This document shows, piece after piece, positions 27,023 through 34,670 of a stretch of DNA of 64,000 nt (position 1 is its first letter; each line of letters starts with the position of its first letter). Below the pieces are notes generated by a model. That model did no database searches. It was not told where the DNA came from and saw only the letters and a program-made list of their open reading frames with translations. Made by a program: the position numbers and the translations under genes. Origin of the DNA: a virus; IMG/VR virus record IMGVR_UViG_3300045988_168112. One strand, written 5' to 3'.

Positions 27023-28525
27023 TTAAGCTCCAGCTAATTGCGTTAAAGTAACAGTCGCTGTCTTATTTCCTTCTGTTGTAGTAACCACTGCTGTTCCAGT
27101 TCTCTGTGCTCCAGTATTTGCTGCTGCCACTACTGAATATTCCGAAGACCCTTTTGTAAATCCTTCACCCTGGACTGTCGTAGTATAAGTTACCGCAGAA
27201 GGAATGCCGCTATTACTTCCATTAACCTTCTTCTGTTTAGTAGCTGTTACTCCGAATATTTTAGTCTCTCCTGCTGCCGCAAAAGAAAGTGTGGTTGGGT
27301 CTACAGTACATGTATATTCATAGGTAACTGTCGCTGCAAGCTGTGTTAACGTAACATTTACCGTCTTGTTGCTTTCAGTCTGTGTAATAGTAATAGAACC
27401 GTTATTATCTGTTTCTGCCTTATTTTCAGCCGCCACTATACTATAATTCTCTCCATTAGATGTTTCAGATGAAGTCTGGCTGAATCCAGTTCCGGTAATC
27501 TGTGCAGTCGTATCTACCTTCTCGACACCACCGGAAGGCTTGCCGTTGACTTTTTTCTGTCTTGTTGAAACAATTTGTAAACTCTTCGTTTCTCCAAGCG
27601 CTACAAACTGTATGGTCTGTGAATTGGCAGACAACGCATAATCATATGTCACTATAGCTGCATTCTGTGTAAGTGTCACTTCCGCAGTCTTTCCACCATC
27701 CTGCGAAATAGTCGCTTTTCCTGTTCTCTGTGAGCTTCCGGTATTCTCAGAAGCTTTCAAATTGTAGTTATTTCCGCTTTCCTCATAATCGAACCCTACA
27801 CCTGCCAGTTCTATATCAGTAGGATATGTTTCTGGCTGCTGTTTTACTCCATTCAGAACTTTTGTTCTTGTAGAGGTAACAGTGACAAGCTTTTCACCTC
27901 CTGCACCGTCGAACGTTACCGCTGTCGGGTCTACTGTAAGCGCATATTCGTAGGTTACAGTAGATGCAGCCTGGTTGCATGTAATCTGCAATGTCTTTCC
28001 GCTTTCATTCTGTTTAACCGTCACTACCGCTTTTCTTGTCGTGTTGTTGGGGTTCTCGTCAACCGTTACTTGTCCTCCACCGTCAACCTTGAATCCTGCC
28101 CCAGATATTGAGAATTCCACTGGTACACCTTCCGGATGTCCTACTGGTTTCCCGTTCTTAAAAGTCTGCTTAGAAGACGTCACCACGCACATATCATCAC
28201 CTCCCTTTGCAGGGAAATTAAGTGTAGGTTCTTTAGTCTCCAATACGTATTCCACAACTTCCTGCACGTCCGACAATACCGCGCCTTCTTCTCCGAATCC
28301 TTCCGGATATGAGATAAGCTTAACAAGCGCCTTAAACGCCCATTCCTTGAACTGTCCTATATTATAAGTATGACCAGCTTCAATTACAATACCGATAGAC
28401 TTATAATATTCAATTGCTCCAACAACGTTTTCAGTTACAAAAACATTCAACTGACTGTCTAAACCATCAGTTATGACAGTCAGTTGTTTGGAATTATCTT
28501 CTGTTGTAAATAATAATCGTAACAT
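27023..28525 (-). CDS. BACON/Ig-like repeat protein (virion surface/decoration candidate)
   Basis: Four tandem units of about 100 aa ending ..N.G..R.G.A..TQ..G.K.A.VTLTQ; e.g. TVTYEYALTVDPTAVTFDGAGGEK, IVTYDYALSANSQTIQFVALGETK, TVTYEYTCTVDPTTLSFAAAGETK. Confidence 0.6.
   Translation of the reverse strand: MLRLLFTTEDNSKQLTVITDGLDSQLNVFVTENVVGAIEYYKSIGIVIEAGHTYNIGQFKEWAFKALVKLISYPEGFGEEGAVLSDVQEVVEYVLETKEPTLNFPAKGGDDMCVVTSSKQTFKNGKPVGHPEGVPVEFSISGAGFKVDGGGQVTVDENPNNTTRKAVVTVKQNESGKTLQITCNQAASTVTYEYALTVDPTAVTFDGAGGEKLVTVTSTRTKVLNGVKQQPETYPTDIELAGVGFDYEESGNNYNLKASENTGSSQRTGKATISQDGGKTAEVTLTQNAAIVTYDYALSANSQTIQFVALGETKSLQIVSTRQKKVNGKPSGGVEKVDTTAQITGTGFSQTSSETSNGENYSIVAAENKAETDNNGSITITQTESNKTVNVTLTQLAATVTYEYTCTVDPTTLSFAAAGETKIFGVTATKQKKVNGSNSGIPSAVTYTTTVQGEGFTKGSSEYSVVAAANTGAQRTGTAVVTTTEGNKTATVTLTQLAGA
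27026..28190 (-). repeat. tandem protein-level BACON-like repeats (about 4 units)
   Basis: Repeat units visible in the translation; nucleotide copies are diverged. Confidence 0.6.
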
Positions 28526-28530
28526 AATCC

Positions 28531-29112
28531 TTATGCGTTTTCTGCTGTCAATTCCTTACGCCATGTATTATCGTTAGCTATTATAACCACGTTCAAGTCT
28601 TCCTTTGCATCTAAACCAAGGTCTTCAAGTGTAAATTCCATCGGCTTGCCTGACATTATCTTTGCAGTAAGTGTTTTTCTATCACCGCGAATTACACCAA
28701 ATCTTCCGACACTCTCATTCAGATTTACATCATTAGGGAAGTAAATATCCACATCCTTAGGAGCAGGAACAGTTGTTTTGATTGTAATTACACACGCATT
28801 TTCATCATTCCATTCTGCTGTCACTGCAACGACCTCATTTAATCCCTGAGGATTCAATTCGAGAGTAAGTGCTTTATTTTCAGCAAAGGCAACGAGTTCT
28901 TCGTGCATTACAGATTCACCTACTTTCCAAGGAAATCCAAGTTTCAATAGAGCATCACTTCCACTTACTTCATCTTCTGTCACACTTACATCACCAGGAG
29001 CAACAATTCCTCTAATTTCTGTGATAAATACTCTTTTTTGGTCGCAACTACCATCAGTTACAACTACTGTATCAATTTTCTTATCTGTATCGATAAATCT
29101 ATATAGTCTCAT
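28531..29112 (-). CDS. paralog of the N-terminal domain of the BACON-repeat protein
   Basis: MRLYRFIDTDKKIDTVVVTDGSCDQKRVFITE aligns with MLRLLFTTEDNSKQLTVITDGLDSQLNVFVTE of the next gene. Confidence 0.55.
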   Translation of the reverse strand: MRLYRFIDTDKKIDTVVVTDGSCDQKRVFITEIRGIVAPGDVSVTEDEVSGSDALLKLGFPWKVGESVMHEELVAFAENKALTLELNPQGLNEVVAVTAEWNDENACVITIKTTVPAPKDVDIYFPNDVNLNESVGRFGVIRGDRKTLTAKIMSGKPMEFTLEDLGLDAKEDLNVVIIANDNTWRKELTAENA

Positions 29113-29137
29113 AATCTTTTCTATTTTTAATTGTTAA

Positions 29138-29668
29138 TTACTTACATTCAAAAACTATTTCTTGTGTTACAGCACCATTTTTATCAAGTACATAAACCTG
29201 ATAAATACCAGTCAAATCTGCTTTCTGAACACCCAAATCCTTCTGGCACTCGAAACCCAGATATTCGTTCTTCTCCTTCATTGTCAGAATCTTCTTATCG
29301 ACAGATGCGGTACCGATAGTTTCTGGAATGTTGGTGAACTCGCAGAACTTGTTATTATGCTTAATGCAAATCTGAGTACCTTCCGATACCTTTGCTTTGA
29401 AGTTCATCCACAACCAAGGAAGACCATCTGCATATTCAGCCTGCCACGGATATTCCGTCAGATAAGATTCGGGGAGAATCGTATTATAATCTTCTTCACT
29501 ATTAATAATGCCACTATTAGGGTCCATTTGAATAGGATTTTTCAATTGTGCTCCTGCTTCAACTTCATTTAATGCTGCTTCAATGGCATTAAAATTATCA
29601 TCTAAACCTGAAGCTACTTGTGCACCGGTCTGACCGTCTGTTATTTGATAAAAATCTATCTTATTCAT
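29138..29668 (-). CDS. hypothetical protein
   Basis: ATG 29668 overlaps the upstream TGA (ATGA); track start 29695 is TTG. Confidence 0.55.
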   Translation of the reverse strand: MNKIDFYQITDGQTGAQVASGLDDNFNAIEAALNEVEAGAQLKNPIQMDPNSGIINSEEDYNTILPESYLTEYPWQAEYADGLPWLWMNFKAKVSEGTQICIKHNNKFCEFTNIPETIGTASVDKKILTMKEKNEYLGFECQKDLGVQKADLTGIYQVYVLDKNGAVTQEIVFECK

Positions 29669-30006
29669 AATTTCCAAATTAAATCTTTTGTCCAAACGAA
29701 TTCATTATTCCAAATATCGTTATCTGAGAATAAAGTCTTATTCATTCTCCATATACCGTCACTCAACCAAACATTCGAATTATTCCAAATGCCATTGTTC
29801 ATAAGCCATACAGGAGGAATATTGAATATACCACCAGAAATCCAATATCCGCGCATATTCCACTTATCATTCTTCAAAACCCAAGGTTTTACAGTAATAG
29901 GTGGCATTGAATTAGAAATTCCGCTTCCACTACCTCCTCGAAATGTTCCTGGGTTTTCTTCAGTTCCTATTCGAGTATAAACTCCAGGTAAATAATCACT
30001 TGCCAT
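29665..30006 (-). CDS. Trp-repeat small protein
   Basis: MASDYLPGVYTRI N-terminus; C-terminal array NGIWNNSNVWLSDGIWRMN..NDIWNNEFVWTKDLIWKL; start at ATG 30006. Confidence 0.5.
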   Translation of the reverse strand: MASDYLPGVYTRIGTEENPGTFRGGSGSGISNSMPPITVKPWVLKNDKWNMRGYWISGGIFNIPPVWLMNNGIWNNSNVWLSDGIWRMNKTLFSDNDIWNNEFVWTKDLIWKL

Positions 30007-30481
30007 CTTTCTTATTTTTAGGAGAACCGTTTTCATCGAAATCAGCCAAGTACTTCTTGATTCGACTTGGAACTAAATTTGGATATAATTTAGAAGCATT
30101 TTCTACAATTGAAATTGATTCGCGTATAATCAACGCATTACATACAACCGATTTAAACCAAGTATATGATTCTATACTTCCTCCTTCAACCGTAAAGTTA
30201 CCTAATACATGCGAAACAATCAACAGAGCGCTATAAATAATTAGCTTCATTGCAATCATTCCAAACCCTTTACTTGAAAAATCTTTATTCTTCAAATGAA
30301 AGACCCAACTTACTAATGTATCAACTACAACTAATATCATTAGATATTTTAGGAATTCCCAATCACGGAACATATATTGCTCAATAAATGATGCTGTATT
30401 CGAAAATGATATAGGAATACTTAAAAGTACCGGAAAATAGAAACTATAGATATAATTCTTGAATTTGTTTATATGTCTCAT
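29996..30481 (-). CDS. holin (phage_holin_4-like)
   Basis: 161 aa, 3-4 TM helices; KYLMILVVVDTLVSWVF..SSKGFGMIAMKLIIYSALLIV resembles holin family 4. Confidence 0.55.
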   Translation of the reverse strand: MRHINKFKNYIYSFYFPVLLSIPISFSNTASFIEQYMFRDWEFLKYLMILVVVDTLVSWVFHLKNKDFSSKGFGMIAMKLIIYSALLIVSHVLGNFTVEGGSIESYTWFKSVVCNALIIRESISIVENASKLYPNLVPSRIKKYLADFDENGSPKNKKDGK

Positions 30482-30489
30482 TTTATGTA

Positions 30490-31437
30490 TTAGTTTTTGT
30501 TACCAAATTTCTTATCTCTGTTTTTGGTCACATGGTCGTACATCTTTGAAATGATTTCTTTTACAAGTGCAGATTCATCTACTAACTCATCTTTCTTAAA
30601 GAATAATCTTGTTTTTGAACGAGTCTTTTCTACTTTACCATCTTGAGTTTCAAATATATGTTTACCGTTTTCTTCTCCTTTATAGGTAAGTCTTGAACTT
30701 CTCGGATTACTATTTGCATAAACAATATCACCTGGTTTCAATTTAGAAACAGTGAGACCTTTTGAACTGTCAAGAATCTTCTTAAGTATCTGTTTTCTAT
30801 ATTGAAGACTGATATCAGCATCTGACAACTCATCATTCATCACTTCTGGATTTTCAAGATACTCTTTAATCAATTCTTTTCGAATCTCTTTAGTTCTCTT
30901 GGATTCACCGTTTTCATCTTCTTTCTTAGATTCTTTAGTTTCGGATTCTTTGCCAGTACCTGTTGTTCCTTTCTTTTTAAGTCTCCAACCTTTCTCGGTC
31001 TTGACATACATCTTACCACCATACATCTTTTCTGTTCCAAGCGGAAGAGCTTTTGCTTTCTCAATTGCAACATCATCTGCACAATTGATACCTGCAATCC
31101 CTTTTAAAATATTCAAAGGAGTCTCTTTGTAGCAAAAACACATTCTATCATCTATAGACTTGAAGATACCATCAGGAATTTCAACCGGTTCTCTCTGCGC
31201 TTCTCTGTAGAACATCAAACTCTTCATTAAATCATTGCTACGTACAAATACAGGCTTCAAAGACATATAATCAGCAGTACAACAAACTATCTCAAATTCA
31301 TCAATTTCTTTATTCTTTGATTTTTCGATAACATCCTTTGAAAATGCATCTACTTGCGCCTTAGTAAACACTTCAAGATTGTTTTTCTCAACAAATCTAT
31401 TGAATTCATCTTGCGTAAATTCTTTAGGATTATTCAT
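30490..31437 (-). CDS. hypothetical protein sharing a 33-aa module with the ART polyvalent protein
   Basis: IEKAKALPLGTEKMYGGKMYVKTEKGWRLKKKG versus IEKAKKSSPIGTEKTWGGKVYVKTANGWRPKGKG in ORF 18518-21124. Confidence 0.6.
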   Translation of the reverse strand: MNNPKEFTQDEFNRFVEKNNLEVFTKAQVDAFSKDVIEKSKNKEIDEFEIVCCTADYMSLKPVFVRSNDLMKSLMFYREAQREPVEIPDGIFKSIDDRMCFCYKETPLNILKGIAGINCADDVAIEKAKALPLGTEKMYGGKMYVKTEKGWRLKKKGTTGTGKESETKESKKEDENGESKRTKEIRKELIKEYLENPEVMNDELSDADISLQYRKQILKKILDSSKGLTVSKLKPGDIVYANSNPRSSRLTYKGEENGKHIFETQDGKVEKTRSKTRLFFKKDELVDESALVKEIISKMYDHVTKNRDKKFGNKN

Positions 31438-31480
31438 ATTGTAATTTGTATTAATTTAAACGGAATGTTGTTTTAATGCG

Positions 31481-31511
31481 TAAAAATAACAATTTTAATT
31501 GACCTCTACAA
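31481..31511 (-). promoter_or_regulatory. promoter-like TTG-N20-TATTTTTAC
   Basis: Minus strand TTGtagaggtcaattaaaattgtTATTTTTAC, 43 nt before ATG 31437. Confidence 0.35.
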
Positions 31512-31538
31512 CTTATATCCCGTCAAATTAATCAATCA

Positions 31539-32408
31539 TCAAATATAAACATATGAATGGTGTAATTCAATCATTCTCGATATCACTTTATCACATTTCT
31601 TCTCAAACTTCTCAATCATTTCACGTAACATACTTCTTTTAGGGATATCTATCGTATAACTCTTTGAACAATAATCAACGCGCGTCAATACTTCTGTTTC
31701 TGTAGGTCTTCTCCAAGCTTTGCTGCCAAAAAATACTCTGAATTGTCTCAATACTTTTCTCACTTCATCAATTGTAAGTCCAATGTTCTTAGCTATAGTC
31801 CTTGACCTTAGGTATAATTGTGCAATAGGATTAATTGAATCGTAACATAACTTCGTCCTTGATAAAATCTTTTCAATCTTAGTTTCAGCTTCTTCTTTAG
31901 TTATTTCATTCTCAATAACTTTTCTTCTTATCTCTCTTATTTCTCTATAATCTCTTGTAAATGAATTATTTTCAACTCCAGCTTCTAAACAATTTCTAAA
32001 TCTATTCAAGTAATCAAATACCAATTGGCAATTAGCAGTCCAAGTATATTTCTTATTATCTTTAATGAAATCTTTCTTCATGTAATTAGGAATAATTGTG
32101 CAGTATTGCAGTAAATCCTCTGGGATTATTTCTACATGCACTTCACCAGTCTCTTTATTGAAGGTGTAAATACCATCTAACTTCAAACTCAATAGATTTC
32201 TTGAAACACCAACTATGCCAAGATTGGTTTCGTTCACAATCCATTTCTTGAGTTTACCTTCACTTGTAAATAGGATTTTACCAGTATCTCCAGTTCTTTC
32301 ACTGAGCTGTTTTGCAGCAGATGTTCTACCTTCGGCTTTGAGTAAAGCGTATATAATATTGTAACGATTGGTTTTTCTGAGTTTAATATATAAGCTATTT
32401 TTATTCAT
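31539..32408 (-). CDS. putative DNA-binding regulator (N-terminal wHTH-like, C-terminal HTH-like)
   Basis: Start at MNKNSLYI (ATG 32408); YNIIYALLKAEGRTSAAKQLSERTG and RSRTIAKNIGLTIDEVRKVLRQF; first gene after the divergent control region. Confidence 0.4.
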   Translation of the reverse strand: MNKNSLYIKLRKTNRYNIIYALLKAEGRTSAAKQLSERTGDTGKILFTSEGKLKKWIVNETNLGIVGVSRNLLSLKLDGIYTFNKETGEVHVEIIPEDLLQYCTIIPNYMKKDFIKDNKKYTWTANCQLVFDYLNRFRNCLEAGVENNSFTRDYREIREIRRKVIENEITKEEAETKIEKILSRTKLCYDSINPIAQLYLRSRTIAKNIGLTIDEVRKVLRQFRVFFGSKAWRRPTETEVLTRVDYCSKSYTIDIPKRSMLREMIEKFEKKCDKVISRMIELHHSYVYI

Positions 32409-32467
32409 ATTCTTTCGTTTTAAGTGTTGTAAAAGTAGAAAGAATATTTCTAATATCAAATATATAC

Positions 32468-32495
32468 AAAAAAATAAGAGTACCTGAGTACTCTT
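32468..32495 (-). terminator. intrinsic terminator inside the 5' leader of gene 31539-32408
   Basis: Minus strand AAGAGTAC-TCAG-GTACTCTT followed by ATTTTTTTG; perfect 8-bp stem. Confidence 0.6.
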
Positions 32496-32528
32496 ATAAT
32501 TCCTTAAAACAAAAGTGCTAAATGTGAT

Positions 32529-32548
32529 ATAGTCTACGCTTAGACTAT
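32529..32548 (-). other. leader hairpin
   Basis: ATAGTCTA-CGCT-TAGACTAT, perfect 8-bp stem. Confidence 0.5.
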
Positions 32549-32605
32549 TTATAATATGCAACACTCAAACAGACAAACTCTTCACAGAGGCTTCTGTTAA
32601 TGCTG

Positions 32606-32636
32606 TAAAGATACCACTACTTATCTCCTCTAACAA
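32606..32636 (-). promoter_or_regulatory. promoter TTG-N20-TATCTTTAC
   Basis: Exact TTG (32636-32634), 20-nt spacer, TATCTTTA (32613-32606) on the minus strand; about 200 nt before ATG 32408. Confidence 0.55.
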
Positions 32637-32707
32637 TGAACAGGTTCTTCTGAATTATTTCTATACTGATTCTTAGGGGGTTACGACCTTATCCTCTTTA
32701 TAATCAC

Positions 32708-32723
32708 ATAACCTGCTGGTTAT
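32708..32723. promoter_or_regulatory. operator-like palindrome ATAACC-TGCT-GGTTAT
   Basis: Perfect inverted repeat; second copy 55 bp away. Confidence 0.5.
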
Positions 32724-32762
32724 AATTATCTTTCTCTATTTCTATATATAAAAGAAGATGCT

Positions 32763-32779
32763 TATAACCTCTGGTTATA
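32763..32779. promoter_or_regulatory. operator-like palindrome TATAACC-TCT-GGTTATA
   Basis: Perfect inverted repeat with the same half-site as 32708-32723. Confidence 0.5.
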
Positions 32780-32866
32780 TGATTATACGATTTGAATTGT
32801 TGTATCTACTTGATTCTCAACACTGGTAAAATATAAGAAATTCTCAATGCACGACCAAAGAAAAAG

Positions 32867-32880
32867 TTTGTATCTTTAGA
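32867..32880 (+). promoter_or_regulatory. plus-strand copy of the promoter motif TTTGTATCTTTAGA
   Basis: Only plus-orientation copy; 29 nt before ATG 32910 of the only plus-strand gene. Confidence 0.5.
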
Positions 32881-32909
32881 CAGTTTGTTTAATCTAAATA
32901 TATTTGTGT

Positions 32910-33365
32910 ATGAAAATTATTTACAATTCAAAATTGGCTCGATTGTTATTGCTTAACTTCAAAGCAATCCTTATCATGCTCTGGCTCTTGTGTAAGAAAG
33001 GTCCTGAATATTATTCAGAAAAGTTCATCAAGCACGAAGAAACTCACTCCTTCCAATGGAAGTGTTGTATGTTCTTAGGAGTGTTCATCTGGCTTGCATT
33101 CTCATTGGTATTTGATACACTCTGGTTATTACTACTCATTCCATTTACATTCTACATCTGGTACTGTATTGAATATGTGATAAGATTCATCATTGGAGTA
33201 GTGAAAACTCCTCCTATTATGAAATTCGGGTTCAAGAAATGGCTCAAAGGTTTTCAAGAGATTGGTCATGAATCTTATCGTAAGATTGTATTTGAACAAG
33301 AAGCTAATGCTGTGGAGGATGGGATAGTAAATTATGAGTTCCTTTCTTTCTTCAAGTATTATTAA
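32910..33365 (+). CDS. membrane protein with HExxH motif (putative metalloprotease-like)
   Basis: ATG 32910 (track start 32904 is TTG); 3 hydrophobic helices; KHEETHSFQW (nt 33033-33047); only plus-strand gene. Confidence 0.6.
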   Translation: MKIIYNSKLARLLLLNFKAILIMLWLLCKKGPEYYSEKFIKHEETHSFQWKCCMFLGVFIWLAFSLVFDTLWLLLLIPFTFYIWYCIEYVIRFIIGVVKTPPIMKFGFKKWLKGFQEIGHESYRKIVFEQEANAVEDGIVNYEFLSFFKYY

Positions 33366-33398
33366 AAAAGAAAAGGCGTTTCACAACGCCTTCTTTTC
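33364..33398. terminator. bidirectional intrinsic terminator
   Basis: AAAAAAGAA-AAGGCGTT-TCAC-AACGCCTT-CTTTTC between convergent genes. Confidence 0.65.
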
Positions 33399-33499
33399 AT
33401 GAATAATGTAATTAAAACGGATAAATTGTAATGTATACTCAATTCGATTGTAAAATTACAAGTTCTTTCTTAAATATAAATCTTAGAGTGTCTTGGTAT

Positions 33500-33682
33500 T
33501 CAATTATTCTCACCTAAACAATGTACCATTATAGCAGCAAAGAAAGGTGTTATAATAAATGACATAAAGAGCCAGAAGATTCTACTCCTCTTAAGTCTAC
33601 TTGCTGTTTCTCCTACTTCTGTGCAAAGATAGAAATAAATCAATGCACATATTAAACCAAAAATAAAAACTAATGCATCCAT
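33500..33682 (-). CDS. small membrane protein
   Basis: 60 aa, two hydrophobic helices. Confidence 0.55.
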   Translation of the reverse strand: MDALVFIFGLICALIYFYLCTEVGETASRLKRSRIFWLFMSFIITPFFAAIMVHCLGENN

Positions 33683-33770
33683 AATCTAAAAGTTTTAAAT
33701 TGTTAATAATATCATTCTATTCAATGCATGTCAAAACTCGAATTAAACAAGAATTAACATACATTTCAAG

Positions 33771-34169
33771 CTATTGCACAGAAGGTTTGAAGTACGGTAG
33801 AGATATCTTTATTTCACTCATCGTCTCACAAAGCTCCCACCAAGGTATAATTACATGAGGAACGCAATAAAGGACATTCTTATTCTCAAAGAAGTAAACA
33901 GTACACAATTCATTGGTCTTTCTTTTGTTCTCGAAAGAAATCTCACCAAGTACATCCATAATCTTTCTTAATCCAAATGGAGTGATATTCTTATTAGCTT
34001 GAAGTATGAGAATGTCTTGTGCAGGTATCTGAAGCATGTCTTCAATAAGAGAAACTGTTTCAGGATTATACATTTCTGTATCAGACAAGAGTATCAATTT
34101 ATTCGACTCACAAAGCCAATCAATATAAGGACAATTGCCATTCTTGTAGGTAAAATGAATTTTATTCAT
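33771..34169 (-). CDS. hypothetical protein
   Basis: ATG 34169 (track start 34190 is GTG); overlaps the upstream stop by 8 nt. Confidence 0.6.
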   Translation of the reverse strand: MNKIHFTYKNGNCPYIDWLCESNKLILLSDTEMYNPETVSLIEDMLQIPAQDILILQANKNITPFGLRKIMDVLGEISFENKRKTNELCTVYFFENKNVLYCVPHVIIPWWELCETMSEIKISLPYFKPSVQ

Positions 34170-34446
34170 CGTAATATTCTTTAAAGTCACGAATTTCTTT
34201 ATCTATCATTCTATTGATATTCTCAATTTCTTCATACTTCTCTTCTTCAATGAGTCTCAATTTATGACTTATCATAGAATTGATATATCTGTTCCAATCC
34301 CGTTTACCCATCAACATCAAGTCAATAGCTATAGAATCAATAGACCTCTGCATTTCATCTTTGTGACGTGTATCATATCGAAACCAGATAAGGAATAGAA
34401 GTACGAGTACTGCAAGTAATACGATTATAATATACAATTCTGTCAT
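34162..34446 (-). CDS. membrane-anchored small protein
   Basis: 94 aa, N-terminal TM helix LYIIIVLLAVLVLLFLIWF. Confidence 0.6.
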   Translation of the reverse strand: MTELYIIIVLLAVLVLLFLIWFRYDTRHKDEMQRSIDSIAIDLMLMGKRDWNRYINSMISHKLRLIEEEKYEEIENINRMIDKEIRDFKEYYDE

Positions 34447-34449
34447 AAT

Positions 34450-34653
34450 TTATTCAGTAACATAATGGTCAAGTAATTCGTTAGCTATCTTATCGACTCT
34501 TTCCTTAGAGAAAGATGAATCAACAAGTCTTTTCTCTGCAATGATAGTACCACTATCAAAAGTTTTCATCTTTACTACTATAGATGAAAATGATTCACCT
34601 TCTTTGGCATAATCACATTCAACTGTAATATTCTTTCTTTTAAATGTTTCCAT
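34450..34653 (-). CDS. hypothetical protein
   Basis: 67-aa ORF tiling the operon. Confidence 0.55.
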   Translation of the reverse strand: METFKRKNITVECDYAKEGESFSSIVVKMKTFDSGTIIAEKRLVDSSFSKERVDKIANELLDHYVTE

Positions 34654-34670
34654 AATTATAACATTCTTTC

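Noticed and set aside
27026-28190. Diversity-generating retroelement target in the BACON repeats
   Set aside because: There is no reverse transcriptase in the window. There is no near-identical template/variable nucleotide repeat pair, and the repeats are diverged at DNA level.
32409-32564. Hydrophobic 52-aa N-terminal extension of ORF 31539-32564
   Set aside because: The extension would be encoded by the leader hairpin, terminator and U-run. A clean ATG with an A-rich upstream region is at 32408.
32409-32909. tRNA, tmRNA or other structured RNA gene in the larger intergenic regions (also 37240-37479 and 41744-42064)
   Set aside because: No cloverleaf-compatible arms or T-loop type sequence were found by eye. 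The hairpins present are explained as terminators or leader structures. A tRNA scan would be needed for certainty.
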